Assembly: GCF_964000695.1 (NCBI RefSeq)
Contig: NZ_CAXEZH010000097.1
From: an uncultured Mycolicibacterium sp.
Lineage (GTDB): Bacteria > Actinomycetota > Actinomycetes > Mycobacteriales > Mycobacteriaceae
DNA length: 64,000 nucleotides
Strand: one strand, 5' to 3'
Every line of letters starts with the position of its first letter. Position 1 is the first letter of the stretch. The notes beneath the pieces were generated by a model. The model searched no databases and was not told the origin of the DNA. It saw only the letters and a list, made by a program, of their open reading frames with translations. The position numbers and the translations under genes were made by a program. Below, piece after piece: positions 35,164 through 44,649 of this stretch.

Positions 35164-36816
35164 GTGGCTCTGAATATCGCCGATCTCGCCGAGCACGCCA
35201 TCGACGCCGTGCCTGACCGCGTCGCCCTCATCTCGGGTGACGAGACGCTGACTTACGCCGAGTTGGAGGAGAAGGCCAATCGCCTGGCTCACTACCTCAT
35301 CGACCAGGGCGTCAAGAAGGACGACAAGGTCGGGCTCTACTGCCGCAACCGCATCGAGATCGTCATCGCGATGCTGGGCATCGTCAAGGCCGGCGCGATC
35401 CTGGTCAACGTCAACTTCCGCTACGTCGAGGGCGAGTTGAAGTACCTGTTCGACAACTCGGACATGGTGGCGCTCGTGCACGAGCGTCGCTACTCCGACC
35501 GGGTGGCCAACGTGCTGCCCGAAACGCCGAACGTCAAGACCATCCTCGTGGTCGAGGACGGCACCGACGAAGACTTCCAGCGCTACGGCGGTGTCGAGTT
35601 CTACTCCGCGCTCGAGCAGGGCTCGCCGGAGCGCGACTTCGGCCCGCGCAGCGAGGACGACATCTATCTGCTGTACACCGGCGGCACCACCGGGTTCCCC
35701 AAGGGCGTGATGTGGCGCCACGAGGACATCTACCGAGTCCTCTTCGGCGGCACCGACTTCGCGACCGGAGAGCCGATCGCCGACGAGTACGGGCTGGCCA
35801 ACCAGGCCAAGGAGAGCGGGCCGATGGTCCGTTACCCGATCCCGCCGATGATCCACGGGGCCACCCAGTCGGCCACCTGGATGGCGCTGTTCTCGGGCCA
35901 GACCACCGTGCTGGAACCGGAATTCGACGCCGACAAGGTGTGGCGCACCATCCACGAGCACAAAGTCAACCTGCTGTTCTTCACCGGTGACGCGATGGCG
36001 CGGCCGCTGCTGGATGCGCTGCTGGCCCACCAGGACGAAGGCAACACCTACGACCTGGGCTCGCTGTTCCTGCTGGCCAGCACCGCGGCGCTGTTCTCGA
36101 CCAGCCTCAAGGAGAAGTTCCTCGAGTTGCTGCCCGACCGCATCATCACCGACTCGATCGGATCGTCGGAAACCGGATTCGGCGGTTCCAGCGTGGTGGC
36201 CAAAGGCCAGTCGCACACCGGCGGGCCCCGCGTCACCATCGACAAGAACACCAAGGTGCTCGACGAGGACGGCAACGAGGTCCAGCCGGGGTCGGGCAAG
36301 CGTGGCGTCATCGCCAAGTGCGGTCACATTCCGGTGGGCTACTTCAAGGACGAGAAGAAGACCGCCGAGACGTTCAAGACGTTCAACGGTGTGCGCTACG
36401 CGATCCCGGGTGACTTCGCCGAGGTGGAGGCCGACGGGACGGTGACGATGCTGGGCCGCGGTTCGGTGTCGATCAACTCGGGCGGCGAGAAGATCTATCC
36501 CGAGGAGGTCGAGGCCGCCCTCAAGGGTCACCCCGATGTCTTCGACGCGCTGGTAGTCGGCGTGCCCGATCCGCGCTTCGGCCAGCATGTCGCGGCCGTC
36601 GTGCATCCCCGCGAGGGCGCCAAGCCGCGCCTGGGAGATCTGGACGCGTTCGTGCGCAAGGAGATCGCGGGCTACAAGGTGCCGCGCAGCCTGTGGCTCG
36701 TCGACGAGGTCAAGCGCTCGCCCGCGGGAAAGCCCGATTACCGCTGGGCCAAGGACGTCACCGAGCAGCGGCCCGCTGACGAAGTGCACGAGAAGCACGC
36801 CGCAACGAGCTCGTAG
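35164..36816 (+). CDS. fadD19: steroid-24-oyl / long-chain acyl-CoA synthetase
   Basis: N-terminus ALNIADLAEHAIDAVPDRVA... closely matches remembered Rv3515c. AMP motif YTGGTTGFPKGV. 550 aa. Confidence 0.93.
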   Translation: MALNIADLAEHAIDAVPDRVALISGDETLTYAELEEKANRLAHYLIDQGVKKDDKVGLYCRNRIEIVIAMLGIVKAGAILVNVNFRYVEGELKYLFDNSDMVALVHERRYSDRVANVLPETPNVKTILVVEDGTDEDFQRYGGVEFYSALEQGSPERDFGPRSEDDIYLLYTGGTTGFPKGVMWRHEDIYRVLFGGTDFATGEPIADEYGLANQAKESGPMVRYPIPPMIHGATQSATWMALFSGQTTVLEPEFDADKVWRTIHEHKVNLLFFTGDAMARPLLDALLAHQDEGNTYDLGSLFLLASTAALFSTSLKEKFLELLPDRIITDSIGSSETGFGGSSVVAKGQSHTGGPRVTIDKNTKVLDEDGNEVQPGSGKRGVIAKCGHIPVGYFKDEKKTAETFKTFNGVRYAIPGDFAEVEADGTVTMLGRGSVSINSGGEKIYPEEVEAALKGHPDVFDALVVGVPDPRFGQHVAAVVHPREGAKPRLGDLDAFVRKEIAGYKVPRSLWLVDEVKRSPAGKPDYRWAKDVTEQRPADEVHEKHAATSS

Positions 36817-36828
36817 GCAGGACTGAAC

Positions 36829-37950
36829 ATGAGAACCGAACTCTGCGATCGCTTCGGCATCGACTATCCGATCTTCGTCTTCACGCCCTCGGAGAAGGTC
36901 GCGGCCGCGGTGACGCGGGCCGGTGGCCTCGGGGTGCTGGGCTGCGTGCGGTTCAACGACGCCGACGACCTCGAAAACGTGCTGTGCTGGATGGACGAGA
37001 ACACCGACGGCAAGCCCTACGGCGTCGACATCGTCATGCCCGCCAAGATCCCGACCGAGGGCACCTCGGTGGACATCAACAAGCTGATCCCGGCCGAGCA
37101 CCGCCAGTTCGTCGACAAGACGCTCGCTGACCTCGGTGTGCCTCCGCTGCCGGAGGACGAGGCACGCTCCGAAGGCGTGCTGGGCTGGCTGCATTCGGTG
37201 GCCCGCAGCCATGTCGAGGTCGCCCTCAAGCATCCGATCAAGCTGATCGCCAATGCGTTGGGCTCACCGCCCAAAGACGTCATCGATCAGGTGCACGAGG
37301 CCGGGGTACCGGTGGCCGCGCTCGCCGGTTCGCCGAAACACGCGCTGCGCCATGCCGAGAACGGTGTGGACATTGTCGTCGCCCAGGGGCACGAGGCCGG
37401 TGGCCACACCGGTGAGATCGGCTCGATGGTGCTGTGGCCCGAGATCGTCGACGCGCTCGACGGCAAGGCCCCGGTGCTCGCCGCGGGCGGGATCGGCACC
37501 GGCCGGCAGGTTGCGGCCGCACTGGCGCTGGGTGCGCAGGGGGTGTGGATGGGCTCGGCGTTCCTGACGTCGGCCGAGTACGACCTCGGGGAGCGGCTGG
37601 ACTCGGGTCGCTCGGTGATCCAGGAGGCCATGCTGCGCGCCACGTCCGCCGACACCGTGCGACGCCGCATCTACACCGGCAAGCCCGCACGACTGCTCAA
37701 GAGCCGGTGGACCGACGCCTGGGATGCGCCCGACGCTCCCGAGCCGCTGCCGATGCCGTTGCAGAACATTCTCGTCAGCGAGGCGCATCAGCGGATGAGC
37801 GAGTCGGCGGACCCCACTGCCGTGGCGATGCCGGTCGGTCAGATCGTCGGCAGGATGAACGAGATCCGGCCCGTCGCCGACATCATCGCCGAACTGGTCG
37901 CCGGTTTCGAGGAAGCCACGAAACGGCTGGACACGATCCGCGAGGGCTGA
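36829..37950 (+). CDS. nitronate monooxygenase (2-nitropropane dioxygenase)-like FMN enzyme
   Basis: TIM-barrel NMO pattern: GIDYPIF..., AQGHEAGGHTG, AAGGIGTGRQVAAALALGAQGVWMGSAF. Confidence 0.8.
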   Translation: MRTELCDRFGIDYPIFVFTPSEKVAAAVTRAGGLGVLGCVRFNDADDLENVLCWMDENTDGKPYGVDIVMPAKIPTEGTSVDINKLIPAEHRQFVDKTLADLGVPPLPEDEARSEGVLGWLHSVARSHVEVALKHPIKLIANALGSPPKDVIDQVHEAGVPVAALAGSPKHALRHAENGVDIVVAQGHEAGGHTGEIGSMVLWPEIVDALDGKAPVLAAGGIGTGRQVAAALALGAQGVWMGSAFLTSAEYDLGERLDSGRSVIQEAMLRATSADTVRRRIYTGKPARLLKSRWTDAWDAPDAPEPLPMPLQNILVSEAHQRMSESADPTAVAMPVGQIVGRMNEIRPVADIIAELVAGFEEATKRLDTIREG

Positions 37951-37970
37951 GCCCGCGGTATACCTGGGCT

Positions 37971-39521
37971 GTGAACGGTGCCCAGGCCCTACTGACCACA
38001 TTCGTCGACAACGGCGTCGACGTCTGCTTCGCCAATCCCGGCACATCCGAGATGCACTTCGTCGCGGCACTGGACGACGTCGCATCCATGCGTGCCGTGC
38101 TGGCGCTGTTCGAGGGGGTGGCCACCGGCGCGGCCGACGGTTACGCCCGCATGGCCGGACGGCCCGCGGCGGTGCTGCTGCATCTGGGGCCGGGTCTGGG
38201 CAACGGGTTGGCCAACCTGCACAACGCCCGGCGCGCGCACGTCCCGATGGTGACGGTGGTCGGTGACCACGCCACCCACCACAAGCGTTTCGACGCGCCG
38301 CTGGAATCCGACATCGACGCGGTGGCAGCAACGGTGTCGGGATGGGTGCACCGGTGCATGCGCCCCGGAGATGTCGGCGCCGACGCAGCCGCCGCCATCC
38401 GCGCCAGCGGTCGGGGGGAGATCGCGACGCTGATCCTGCCCGCCGACGTGTCCTGGTCGGAGGGGGGTGTGCCCGGCACGGTGTCACCCCTTCCCGATCC
38501 GGTCGTCGACGCCGACGCGGTGCGGGCCGCGGCCGCGGCGCTGCGTTCTGCCGACCGGACCGTGATCCTGGTCGGCGGCGACGCCACACGGAGGGCGGGT
38601 CTGACGGCGGCGGCCCGTCTCGCCGAGGCCACCGGCGCGGAGGTGCTGTGCGAGACCTTCCCCACCCGTCTGGAGCGCGGCGCCGGAGTGCCCGCGGTGC
38701 CCCGCCTGGTCTACTTCGCGAAGTTCGCCGCGCAGCAGCTCGCCGGGGCCACACACCTCATCCTGGCGGGCGCCCGTTCGCCGGTGTCGTTCTTCGCCTA
38801 CCCCGATCCGGAGAGCCCCAGCGACCTGGTTCCGGCGGGGTGCACGGTGCACCCGCTGGCCGGCCCCCGCGGGGCGGCGGCGGCGCTCCAGCAACTCGCC
38901 GACGAACTGGCTCCCGGGGTCGTCGCGCCGCTGCCGGACCTCGCCCGGCCGGCGGTGCCCACCGGGGCACTCGACGGAGCGTCGCTGGCGGCGACGGTCG
39001 CAGCGCTGCTGCCGGAGAACGCTGTGATCGTCGACGAGTCCAACACCGCGGGTGCCGCCGTGCCCGAGGCCACGGCAGGAGCGCCAGCGCACGACGTGCT
39101 GACCCTCACCGGCGGCGCCATCGGTTACGGCATGCCGGCCGCGGTGGGGGCGGCCGTGGCCGTGCCAGCGCGGCCGGTGTTGTCGTTGCAGGCCGACGGT
39201 TCGGCGATGTACACGATCTCGGCGCTGTGGACGCAGGCCCGGGAGAGTCTGGACATCACCACGATCGTCCTCAACAACGGCGCCTATCAGATCCTGCGGT
39301 GGGAGCTGGCGAACGTCGGCGTCGCCGAACCGCACACCCGGGGGCGGCGGGTCACCGACCTGCTCGACCTCGGCAATCCCGACCTCGACTTCGTCAAGAT
39401 CGCCGAAGGCATGGGTGTTCCGGCGCGACGGGTGAGCACCGCCGAGGAGCTGGCCGCGGCGCTGCGCGAGGCATTCAGCGAACCAGGCCCGCACCTCATC
39501 GAGGCGATGCTCAGGGCGTGA
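37971..39521 (+). CDS. thiamine-diphosphate-dependent enzyme (acetolactate synthase large-subunit-like)
   Basis: GTG 37971. N-terminal Pyr domain GVDVCFANPGTSEMHF. ThDP motif GDGSAMYTISALWTQARESLDITTIVLNNGAY. 516 aa. Confidence 0.8.
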   Translation: MNGAQALLTTFVDNGVDVCFANPGTSEMHFVAALDDVASMRAVLALFEGVATGAADGYARMAGRPAAVLLHLGPGLGNGLANLHNARRAHVPMVTVVGDHATHHKRFDAPLESDIDAVAATVSGWVHRCMRPGDVGADAAAAIRASGRGEIATLILPADVSWSEGGVPGTVSPLPDPVVDADAVRAAAAALRSADRTVILVGGDATRRAGLTAAARLAEATGAEVLCETFPTRLERGAGVPAVPRLVYFAKFAAQQLAGATHLILAGARSPVSFFAYPDPESPSDLVPAGCTVHPLAGPRGAAAALQQLADELAPGVVAPLPDLARPAVPTGALDGASLAATVAALLPENAVIVDESNTAGAAVPEATAGAPAHDVLTLTGGAIGYGMPAAVGAAVAVPARPVLSLQADGSAMYTISALWTQARESLDITTIVLNNGAYQILRWELANVGVAEPHTRGRRVTDLLDLGNPDLDFVKIAEGMGVPARRVSTAEELAAALREAFSEPGPHLIEAMLRA

Positions 39522-40233
39522 TGACGGTCTGGTCGTCGATGGTGTCGGTGGCGGGGCCGACGATGTCGAGCTGGCTCTCCAGCCCATCGGCGTTGAGCTG
39601 CAACACGTACAGCCCGTCGGCTCCGGGTATCACGGCGGTCTTCTGGGCCACCACCTTGGTCACTCCGTCCTGTACCCAGGTGCCGCCGAGCTGGTAGGCG
39701 GGAAAGCCGGACAGCGTGCCGGTCCGGCCCCGGCTGAGTGGTTCCCAACCTGGCAGGTTGGTCAACTCGCCGGCCGCGTACTCGATGATGGCGTCGGGGT
39801 CGACGTCCCCGGTCAGTCTCGACAGCAACGCGACGATGCTCGGGGTGTACTCCTCGGCGCCCGGACCGGAATAGTAGATCGCCCCATAAGCCCACTCCGG
39901 GGTGTCGGCGCCGGCGTCCTGCCAGCCTTCGGGGAATGGCAGGTCGACTGTGGGCGCGCCGGGATCACCGCGGAAAACCGGTGTTTCAGCGATGTCGTTC
40001 TCGGCGATGTAATCGGCGATCGTCGTGGCGGGACCCTGTGTGGACTCCTGGCGTGGCGCGATGCGCTCCCGCGACGGTGCCGCCGCGGCGCTGGTAGTGG
40101 CGGTCGTGGTACTCGTTTCCGACGACTCGGCGACCGGGGTGCCGGGCTCGGTTTCCGACGTGCCGCAGGCGGTCGCGACGAGCACCGCGGCGGCCGCGGC
40201 CGCAGCGCAGCGGATCAGGGCGGTGGGCTTCAC
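39511..40233 (-). CDS. LpqN/LpqT/Mtc28-family lipoprotein
   Basis: GTG start. Lipobox LVATAC. The body TIADYIAENDIAETPVFRGDPGAPTVDLPFPEGW...YVLQLNADG matches the remembered LpqN-family pattern. Its 3' end overlaps the convergent ThDP gene by 11 nt. Confidence 0.85.
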   Translation of the reverse strand: MKPTALIRCAAAAAAAVLVATACGTSETEPGTPVAESSETSTTTATTSAAAAPSRERIAPRQESTQGPATTIADYIAENDIAETPVFRGDPGAPTVDLPFPEGWQDAGADTPEWAYGAIYYSGPGAEEYTPSIVALLSRLTGDVDPDAIIEYAAGELTNLPGWEPLSRGRTGTLSGFPAYQLGGTWVQDGVTKVVAQKTAVIPGADGLYVLQLNADGLESQLDIVGPATDTIDDQTVITP

Positions 40234-40248
40234 ATCGGAAAGCCTAAG

Positions 40249-41421
40249 TCAGGAGCCCGCCGGGCCGGATTGGGTAGAAGTACTCAACTTGCGAGCCAGC
40301 GCGGCCATGTTCTGCTCGACCTCCTGCTGCCAGAGGTCGTTGGCGTGAGTGGTGTCGACTTCCTGTTCGTAACGGTCGGTCATGTCCGCCGTGACGTCGG
40401 CGGCGTCGACATAGAACTGCTGATACCACCGGCGGTGCTGATAGACCGGCCCGTCCTCCTCGGTCAGCAGCGGGTTCTCGATCGGGGACTTGTTCTTCCA
40501 GATCTCGACGTCTTCGAGGAAACCCTCGCCGAAGCTCTTGTTCATGGCCGCGGCGAGTTTGGCGGCCTTGTCGGCGGGCAGGCCCGGCATCTCCTGGACG
40601 GCCACCCCCCACTGCAGCATGAACGAGTTGTGGGTGACCGGGTAATGGCAGTTGATCAACGCGACCTCGACGGTGAATCCCGGCGCGAGGTCGTTGTGCA
40701 GCCAGTTGATCATGTACGCAGGTCCGAAATACGTCGCCTCGGAACGCAGATAGGTACCGTCCCAGAGTTTGTCCGGATCGGCGGTGTAGTCGGGCCGCGG
40801 CTTGGACTCCATGAACTGACTGGCGGTGTGCCCCTCGATCACGTTCTTGAAGTAGGTCGGATAGGCGTGGTGGATGTAGAAGAAGTGGGCCATGTCGACG
40901 TTGTTGTCGACGATTTCACGGCAATGCGCCCCTTCGATGAGTATCGAGCTCCACTGCCACGGCGACCACCGGCCCTCGTCGAACCCCTCGATCGTCGGCG
41001 GGGTCAGCTCAGCCGCCGGCGTGCTGCCCTCGGGGTCGTGCCACACCAGCAGCTGACCGTTCACCTCGGTGGTCAGCCAGGCCCGGGTACGGGCCAGCCG
41101 CGGTGTGCGTTTGGCGTAGGGCACCAGTGAGCATCGACCGTTGCCGCCCCAGCGCCAGTCGTGGAACGGACAGGCGACGTCATCGCCTTTGACGGTGCCG
41201 CGGGACAGGTCCCCACCCATGTGCCGGCAGTAGCCGTCGAGCACGTTGAGCTTGCCGGCGGAGTCGGCGAACACGACCAGCCGGGTGCCGAATGCGTCGA
41301 TGCCGTGCGGGCTGCCGTCTCTGAAGTCCTCGGCCAATCCCAGACAGTGCCACCCGCGGGCGAACCGGGTCATGGCCTGCCCGGGGTCGATGTCGCGAAC
41401 TCCCTGCACTTCTGCGCTCAT
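40249..41421 (-). CDS. second KshA-type Rieske 3-ketosteroid 9-alpha-hydroxylase oxygenase (paralog)
   Basis: ATG 41421 overlaps the upstream stop (ATGA). CRHMGGDL...CPFHDWRW and DMAHFFYIHH. Aligns along its full length with kshA at 21411..22583. Confidence 0.9.
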   Translation of the reverse strand: MSAEVQGVRDIDPGQAMTRFARGWHCLGLAEDFRDGSPHGIDAFGTRLVVFADSAGKLNVLDGYCRHMGGDLSRGTVKGDDVACPFHDWRWGGNGRCSLVPYAKRTPRLARTRAWLTTEVNGQLLVWHDPEGSTPAAELTPPTIEGFDEGRWSPWQWSSILIEGAHCREIVDNNVDMAHFFYIHHAYPTYFKNVIEGHTASQFMESKPRPDYTADPDKLWDGTYLRSEATYFGPAYMINWLHNDLAPGFTVEVALINCHYPVTHNSFMLQWGVAVQEMPGLPADKAAKLAAAMNKSFGEGFLEDVEIWKNKSPIENPLLTEEDGPVYQHRRWYQQFYVDAADVTADMTDRYEQEVDTTHANDLWQQEVEQNMAALARKLSTSTQSGPAGS

Positions 41422-42977
41422 GGCCTGTTTCCTTTCAGCATGTCCAGCACAGCCAAATGGCTGAAGACCATGCTGGTTCCAATCGGGTTGCCACCGCCGG
41501 GGTAGGTGGTGCCGCTGGGGGCGGCCATCGTGTTGCCCGCGGCGTACAACCCCGGAATCACCTGGCCGGTCGTGTCGAGGACCCGCGCCGCCGTGTCGGT
41601 GCGCAATCCTCCTTTGGTGCCCAGATCCGACACCCCGAACGCGGCGGCGTGGAACGGTGGCTGGTCGATGGGATGCAGCGGCGAAGCGCCGCCGGAGAAC
41701 GCGCGGTCGTACGGCTCGTCCCCGCGGCCGAAGTCCTCGTCGATTCCGCGTGCAGCGAAGTCGTTGAACCGCGCGACGGTGTCGGTCAGGTTCTGCGGCG
41801 GCACGCCGATCGCCTCGGCCAACGACTCGAGGGTGTCCGCGCTGCGCCACAGTCCCGCCGACACGTAGCGCTGCGGCTCGACCATCGACACGTTGGTGGC
41901 CTTGACCGGAGGGACAGGGAGGTCGTCATCGCCACTGCTGTCGTAGACCATCCAGAACGGCAGCGTCACGGTGCCGGCGTCCATTGCGGCCAGCACCGCG
42001 CGTCCGAGGCGGTCGTAGGCCGCCGACTCGTTGACGAACCGTCTGCCGTCGTCGTCGACGAAGATCCCGCCGGTGAACCACAGCGCGAACGCCGACGATC
42101 CGTCGGGATGGGTCAGGCCCGGGGACCACCAGGCTTGATCCATCAGGTCGGTGTCGGCGCCGACGGCGATCCCCGCAAGGTGGGCCAACCCCCGATTGCT
42201 CCGGGGCCCCATGCTGTCTCGTGACTGCCCGGGAACGCCGTAACGGGCCCGCATCTCGTCGTTGTGCTCGAAACCACCGGCGGCCAGCAGCACGCCTCGA
42301 CGGGCCCGGATCCTCCGCCGCCCTTCCGGGGTTTGCACCACCGCGCCGGCCACTCTCCCGTCCTCGACGACGAGTTCGGTCAGCGCGGTGTCCAGGCGCG
42401 CGGAGGCGTGCGGGTACTGCCGGGTGGCCAGCAGGAATCGGGCGATCAGAGCACGGCCGCCGATGAAGTAGTCCTCGGGCGCCGGTTGCCCCAACCGGTC
42501 GGTGTCCAGCGGTCCGCGGATCAGCTCGCGTAACTCGGGGGCCGCGGCCACCTTCAGCGGCTTGGCCGCGATGTGTCGCATACCGTCACCGCGCGCCTTC
42601 GGTGCGCTGCCGAAGTAGTCCGGCCAGGGCAGCAGTGAGAACTTCAGGCGCTCTTCGGCTTCCAGGTACTCGACGAGCGGTGCGCCTCCGCGGACATAGG
42701 TCTCCTGCAGCGCCGCCGGAGTACGGTCGCCGACCACGGCCGCGTAATACTGCACGGCGTCGTCGACGTCGTCCTCGACGCCGGCGCGGCGGACCACGGG
42801 GTTTCCGGGAAACCACATCCCGCCTCCACCGGAATAGGCGGTGGTGCCACCGAACCGGTCGCTGGCCTCGATCAGGATGACCGACATCCCCTCGCGGGCG
42901 GCGGTGTAGGCCCCGGTGACACCGCCCGCACCCGAGCCGGCGACCAGCACATCGGTGGTGTCGTCCCACTCAGACAT
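41418..42977 (-). CDS. second KstD-type FAD-dependent 3-ketosteroid dehydrogenase (paralog)
   Basis: DVLVAGSGAGGVTGAYTAA and GGTTAYSGGGGMWFP. C-terminal GLYAAGN. 519 aa. Confidence 0.85.
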   Translation of the reverse strand: MSEWDDTTDVLVAGSGAGGVTGAYTAAREGMSVILIEASDRFGGTTAYSGGGGMWFPGNPVVRRAGVEDDVDDAVQYYAAVVGDRTPAALQETYVRGGAPLVEYLEAEERLKFSLLPWPDYFGSAPKARGDGMRHIAAKPLKVAAAPELRELIRGPLDTDRLGQPAPEDYFIGGRALIARFLLATRQYPHASARLDTALTELVVEDGRVAGAVVQTPEGRRRIRARRGVLLAAGGFEHNDEMRARYGVPGQSRDSMGPRSNRGLAHLAGIAVGADTDLMDQAWWSPGLTHPDGSSAFALWFTGGIFVDDDGRRFVNESAAYDRLGRAVLAAMDAGTVTLPFWMVYDSSGDDDLPVPPVKATNVSMVEPQRYVSAGLWRSADTLESLAEAIGVPPQNLTDTVARFNDFAARGIDEDFGRGDEPYDRAFSGGASPLHPIDQPPFHAAAFGVSDLGTKGGLRTDTAARVLDTTGQVIPGLYAAGNTMAAPSGTTYPGGGNPIGTSMVFSHLAVLDMLKGNRP

Positions 42978-44649
42978 GGTGTTGCCTTCCGTGCGTGGCG
43001 AACTCGGCGTCGAGGTCGAGGCGGTCGGTGTCTGACATGAGGCGGTATTCGGGACAGCCGCGGCCCGTCCAGCGATACACGGAGTCTCCGGTGTGCCACC
43101 GTTGGGCCTGCAGATCGCGTTTGAGCACCTTGTTGGAGCCCGTCGCGGGCAACTCTGCGGTCACCCGCAGCAGCCGGGGCACGCCCTTGCGGCCCAGATC
43201 GTCCTGGTCGGCCAGGAACGCCGCGAACCCGACGGCGTCGAACACGGCAGGATCGGTGACCTCGATGGCGGCCATCACCTGATCACCGGAACGCGGGTCG
43301 GGCACACCGTAGGCTGCGGCGGTGATCACCGCGGGGTGACGGCGCAGCACCCGTTCGATCGTCACCGCCGACGTGTTCTCACCGTCGACCCGGATCCAAT
43401 CGCCGCGGCGCCCCGCGAAATACAGGAAGCCGTCGCCGTCGACGTAGCCCAGATCGCCCGACCAGTACCAGCCGTTGCGCACCCGCTCCGCCTCGGCGGT
43501 GTCGTTGCGGTAATAGCCCTCGAAATCCCGCGCGCCGCGGCGGTCGACGATCTCGCCGATCGCCTCGTCGGGGTTGCGTATGCGGCCGTGGGAGTCGAGC
43601 AGCGCACGCGGGCGTTCGACCATCGTCTCGGGGTCGACGATCACCACGTCGGCGTGCGCAGGACGGCCGAGCGCGCCCGGCGGGGCGGCCGGGTCTGCGA
43701 CCGCCACCGCGCCACCCTCGCTGGAGCCGTACCCCTCGAAGAGTTCGGCGCCGAACCGGCGGCGGAACTCCTGCTGATCCTCCGGGGAGGCCTCGGTGCC
43801 GAATCCGCGCGTCAGGGTGTTGACCGCGTCGTCGTCGCGCTGCGGGGTGGACAGCAGGTAGGCCATCGCCTTGCCGACGTAGGTGAAGAACGTCGCGCCG
43901 AAGAACCGGACGTCGGGCAGAAAGCGGGAGGCGGAGAACGTCGGTGCCAGGCACACCGTCGCGCCCACGGCCAGCGCGGGCGCCCACAGCGCCATGATCG
44001 CGTTGCCGTGGAACAGCGGCATGCAGCAGTAGTCGATGTCGCCGCGGTGATGGCCGTACTTCTCGGCAGCGGCGTAGGCGATGCGGGCCAGCCGGCCCTG
44101 GCTGCACCGGACCGCCTTGGAGGCACCGGTGGTGCCGGACGTGAACAGCAGCAGCATCAGGCGCGTGCCGTCCACCCCGGGCGCGATGACCGGGTCGGCG
44201 CGGTGCGCGTCGACGCGGCGCTGATAACCGGGGTCGTCGACGAGCAGGAAACGCTCGGCGGGCAGCCCGTGCGCGAGCTCGCGCAGCCGGTCCCATCCCC
44301 GGCGGTCGGTGACGATAAGTGCACAGTCGGCATGCCGGATGTCGGCGGCCAGATCGGCCGATCCGCGCGTCGGGTTCAGTCCGACCAAGGTCGCGCCGGC
44401 CAATGCGGCACCACCGAGCCAGAACACGAAGTCGGCAACGTTGTCGAGCAGGACGCCGATGTGGCCGGGCTCGTCCGGAAAGAGGCTGTCCTGCAGCGCG
44501 GTCGCCAGTGCCGCGCGAGCGGCCGATTCGCGTACCACGTCGTCCCAGGTCCAGTCGCGCTCGCGGGTGCGCAGCCCCGGCCGGGTGTCACCGACACGGT
44601 CGAACAGCATGGTGGCGATGTCGGTGCGGCGCGGGGTCGGTGCGGTCAT
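42970..44649 (-). CDS. acyl-CoA synthetase (AMP-forming), additional FadD paralog
   Basis: ATG 44649 overlaps the fadD17 stop (ATGA). AMP motif LLFTSGTTGASKAV. 559 aa. The 3' end overlaps the KstD-paralog start by 8 nt. Confidence 0.85.
   Translation of the reverse strand: MTAPTPRRTDIATMLFDRVGDTRPGLRTRERDWTWDDVVRESAARAALATALQDSLFPDEPGHIGVLLDNVADFVFWLGGAALAGATLVGLNPTRGSADLAADIRHADCALIVTDRRGWDRLRELAHGLPAERFLLVDDPGYQRRVDAHRADPVIAPGVDGTRLMLLLFTSGTTGASKAVRCSQGRLARIAYAAAEKYGHHRGDIDYCCMPLFHGNAIMALWAPALAVGATVCLAPTFSASRFLPDVRFFGATFFTYVGKAMAYLLSTPQRDDDAVNTLTRGFGTEASPEDQQEFRRRFGAELFEGYGSSEGGAVAVADPAAPPGALGRPAHADVVIVDPETMVERPRALLDSHGRIRNPDEAIGEIVDRRGARDFEGYYRNDTAEAERVRNGWYWSGDLGYVDGDGFLYFAGRRGDWIRVDGENTSAVTIERVLRRHPAVITAAAYGVPDPRSGDQVMAAIEVTDPAVFDAVGFAAFLADQDDLGRKGVPRLLRVTAELPATGSNKVLKRDLQAQRWHTGDSVYRWTGRGCPEYRLMSDTDRLDLDAEFATHGRQHHV

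Noticed and set aside
35125-37233. 702-aa minus-strand ORF
   Set aside because: It is antisense to fadD19 and the NMO-like gene, both of which carry clear family motifs. Its Arg/Gly/Asp/His-rich composition is typical of high-GC antisense frames.
37264-38754. 496-aa minus-strand ORF, plus the 38342..39697 and 38484..39587 ORFs
   Set aside because: They overlap the NMO-like and ThDP-enzyme genes. They are Arg/Pro-rich low-complexity translations.
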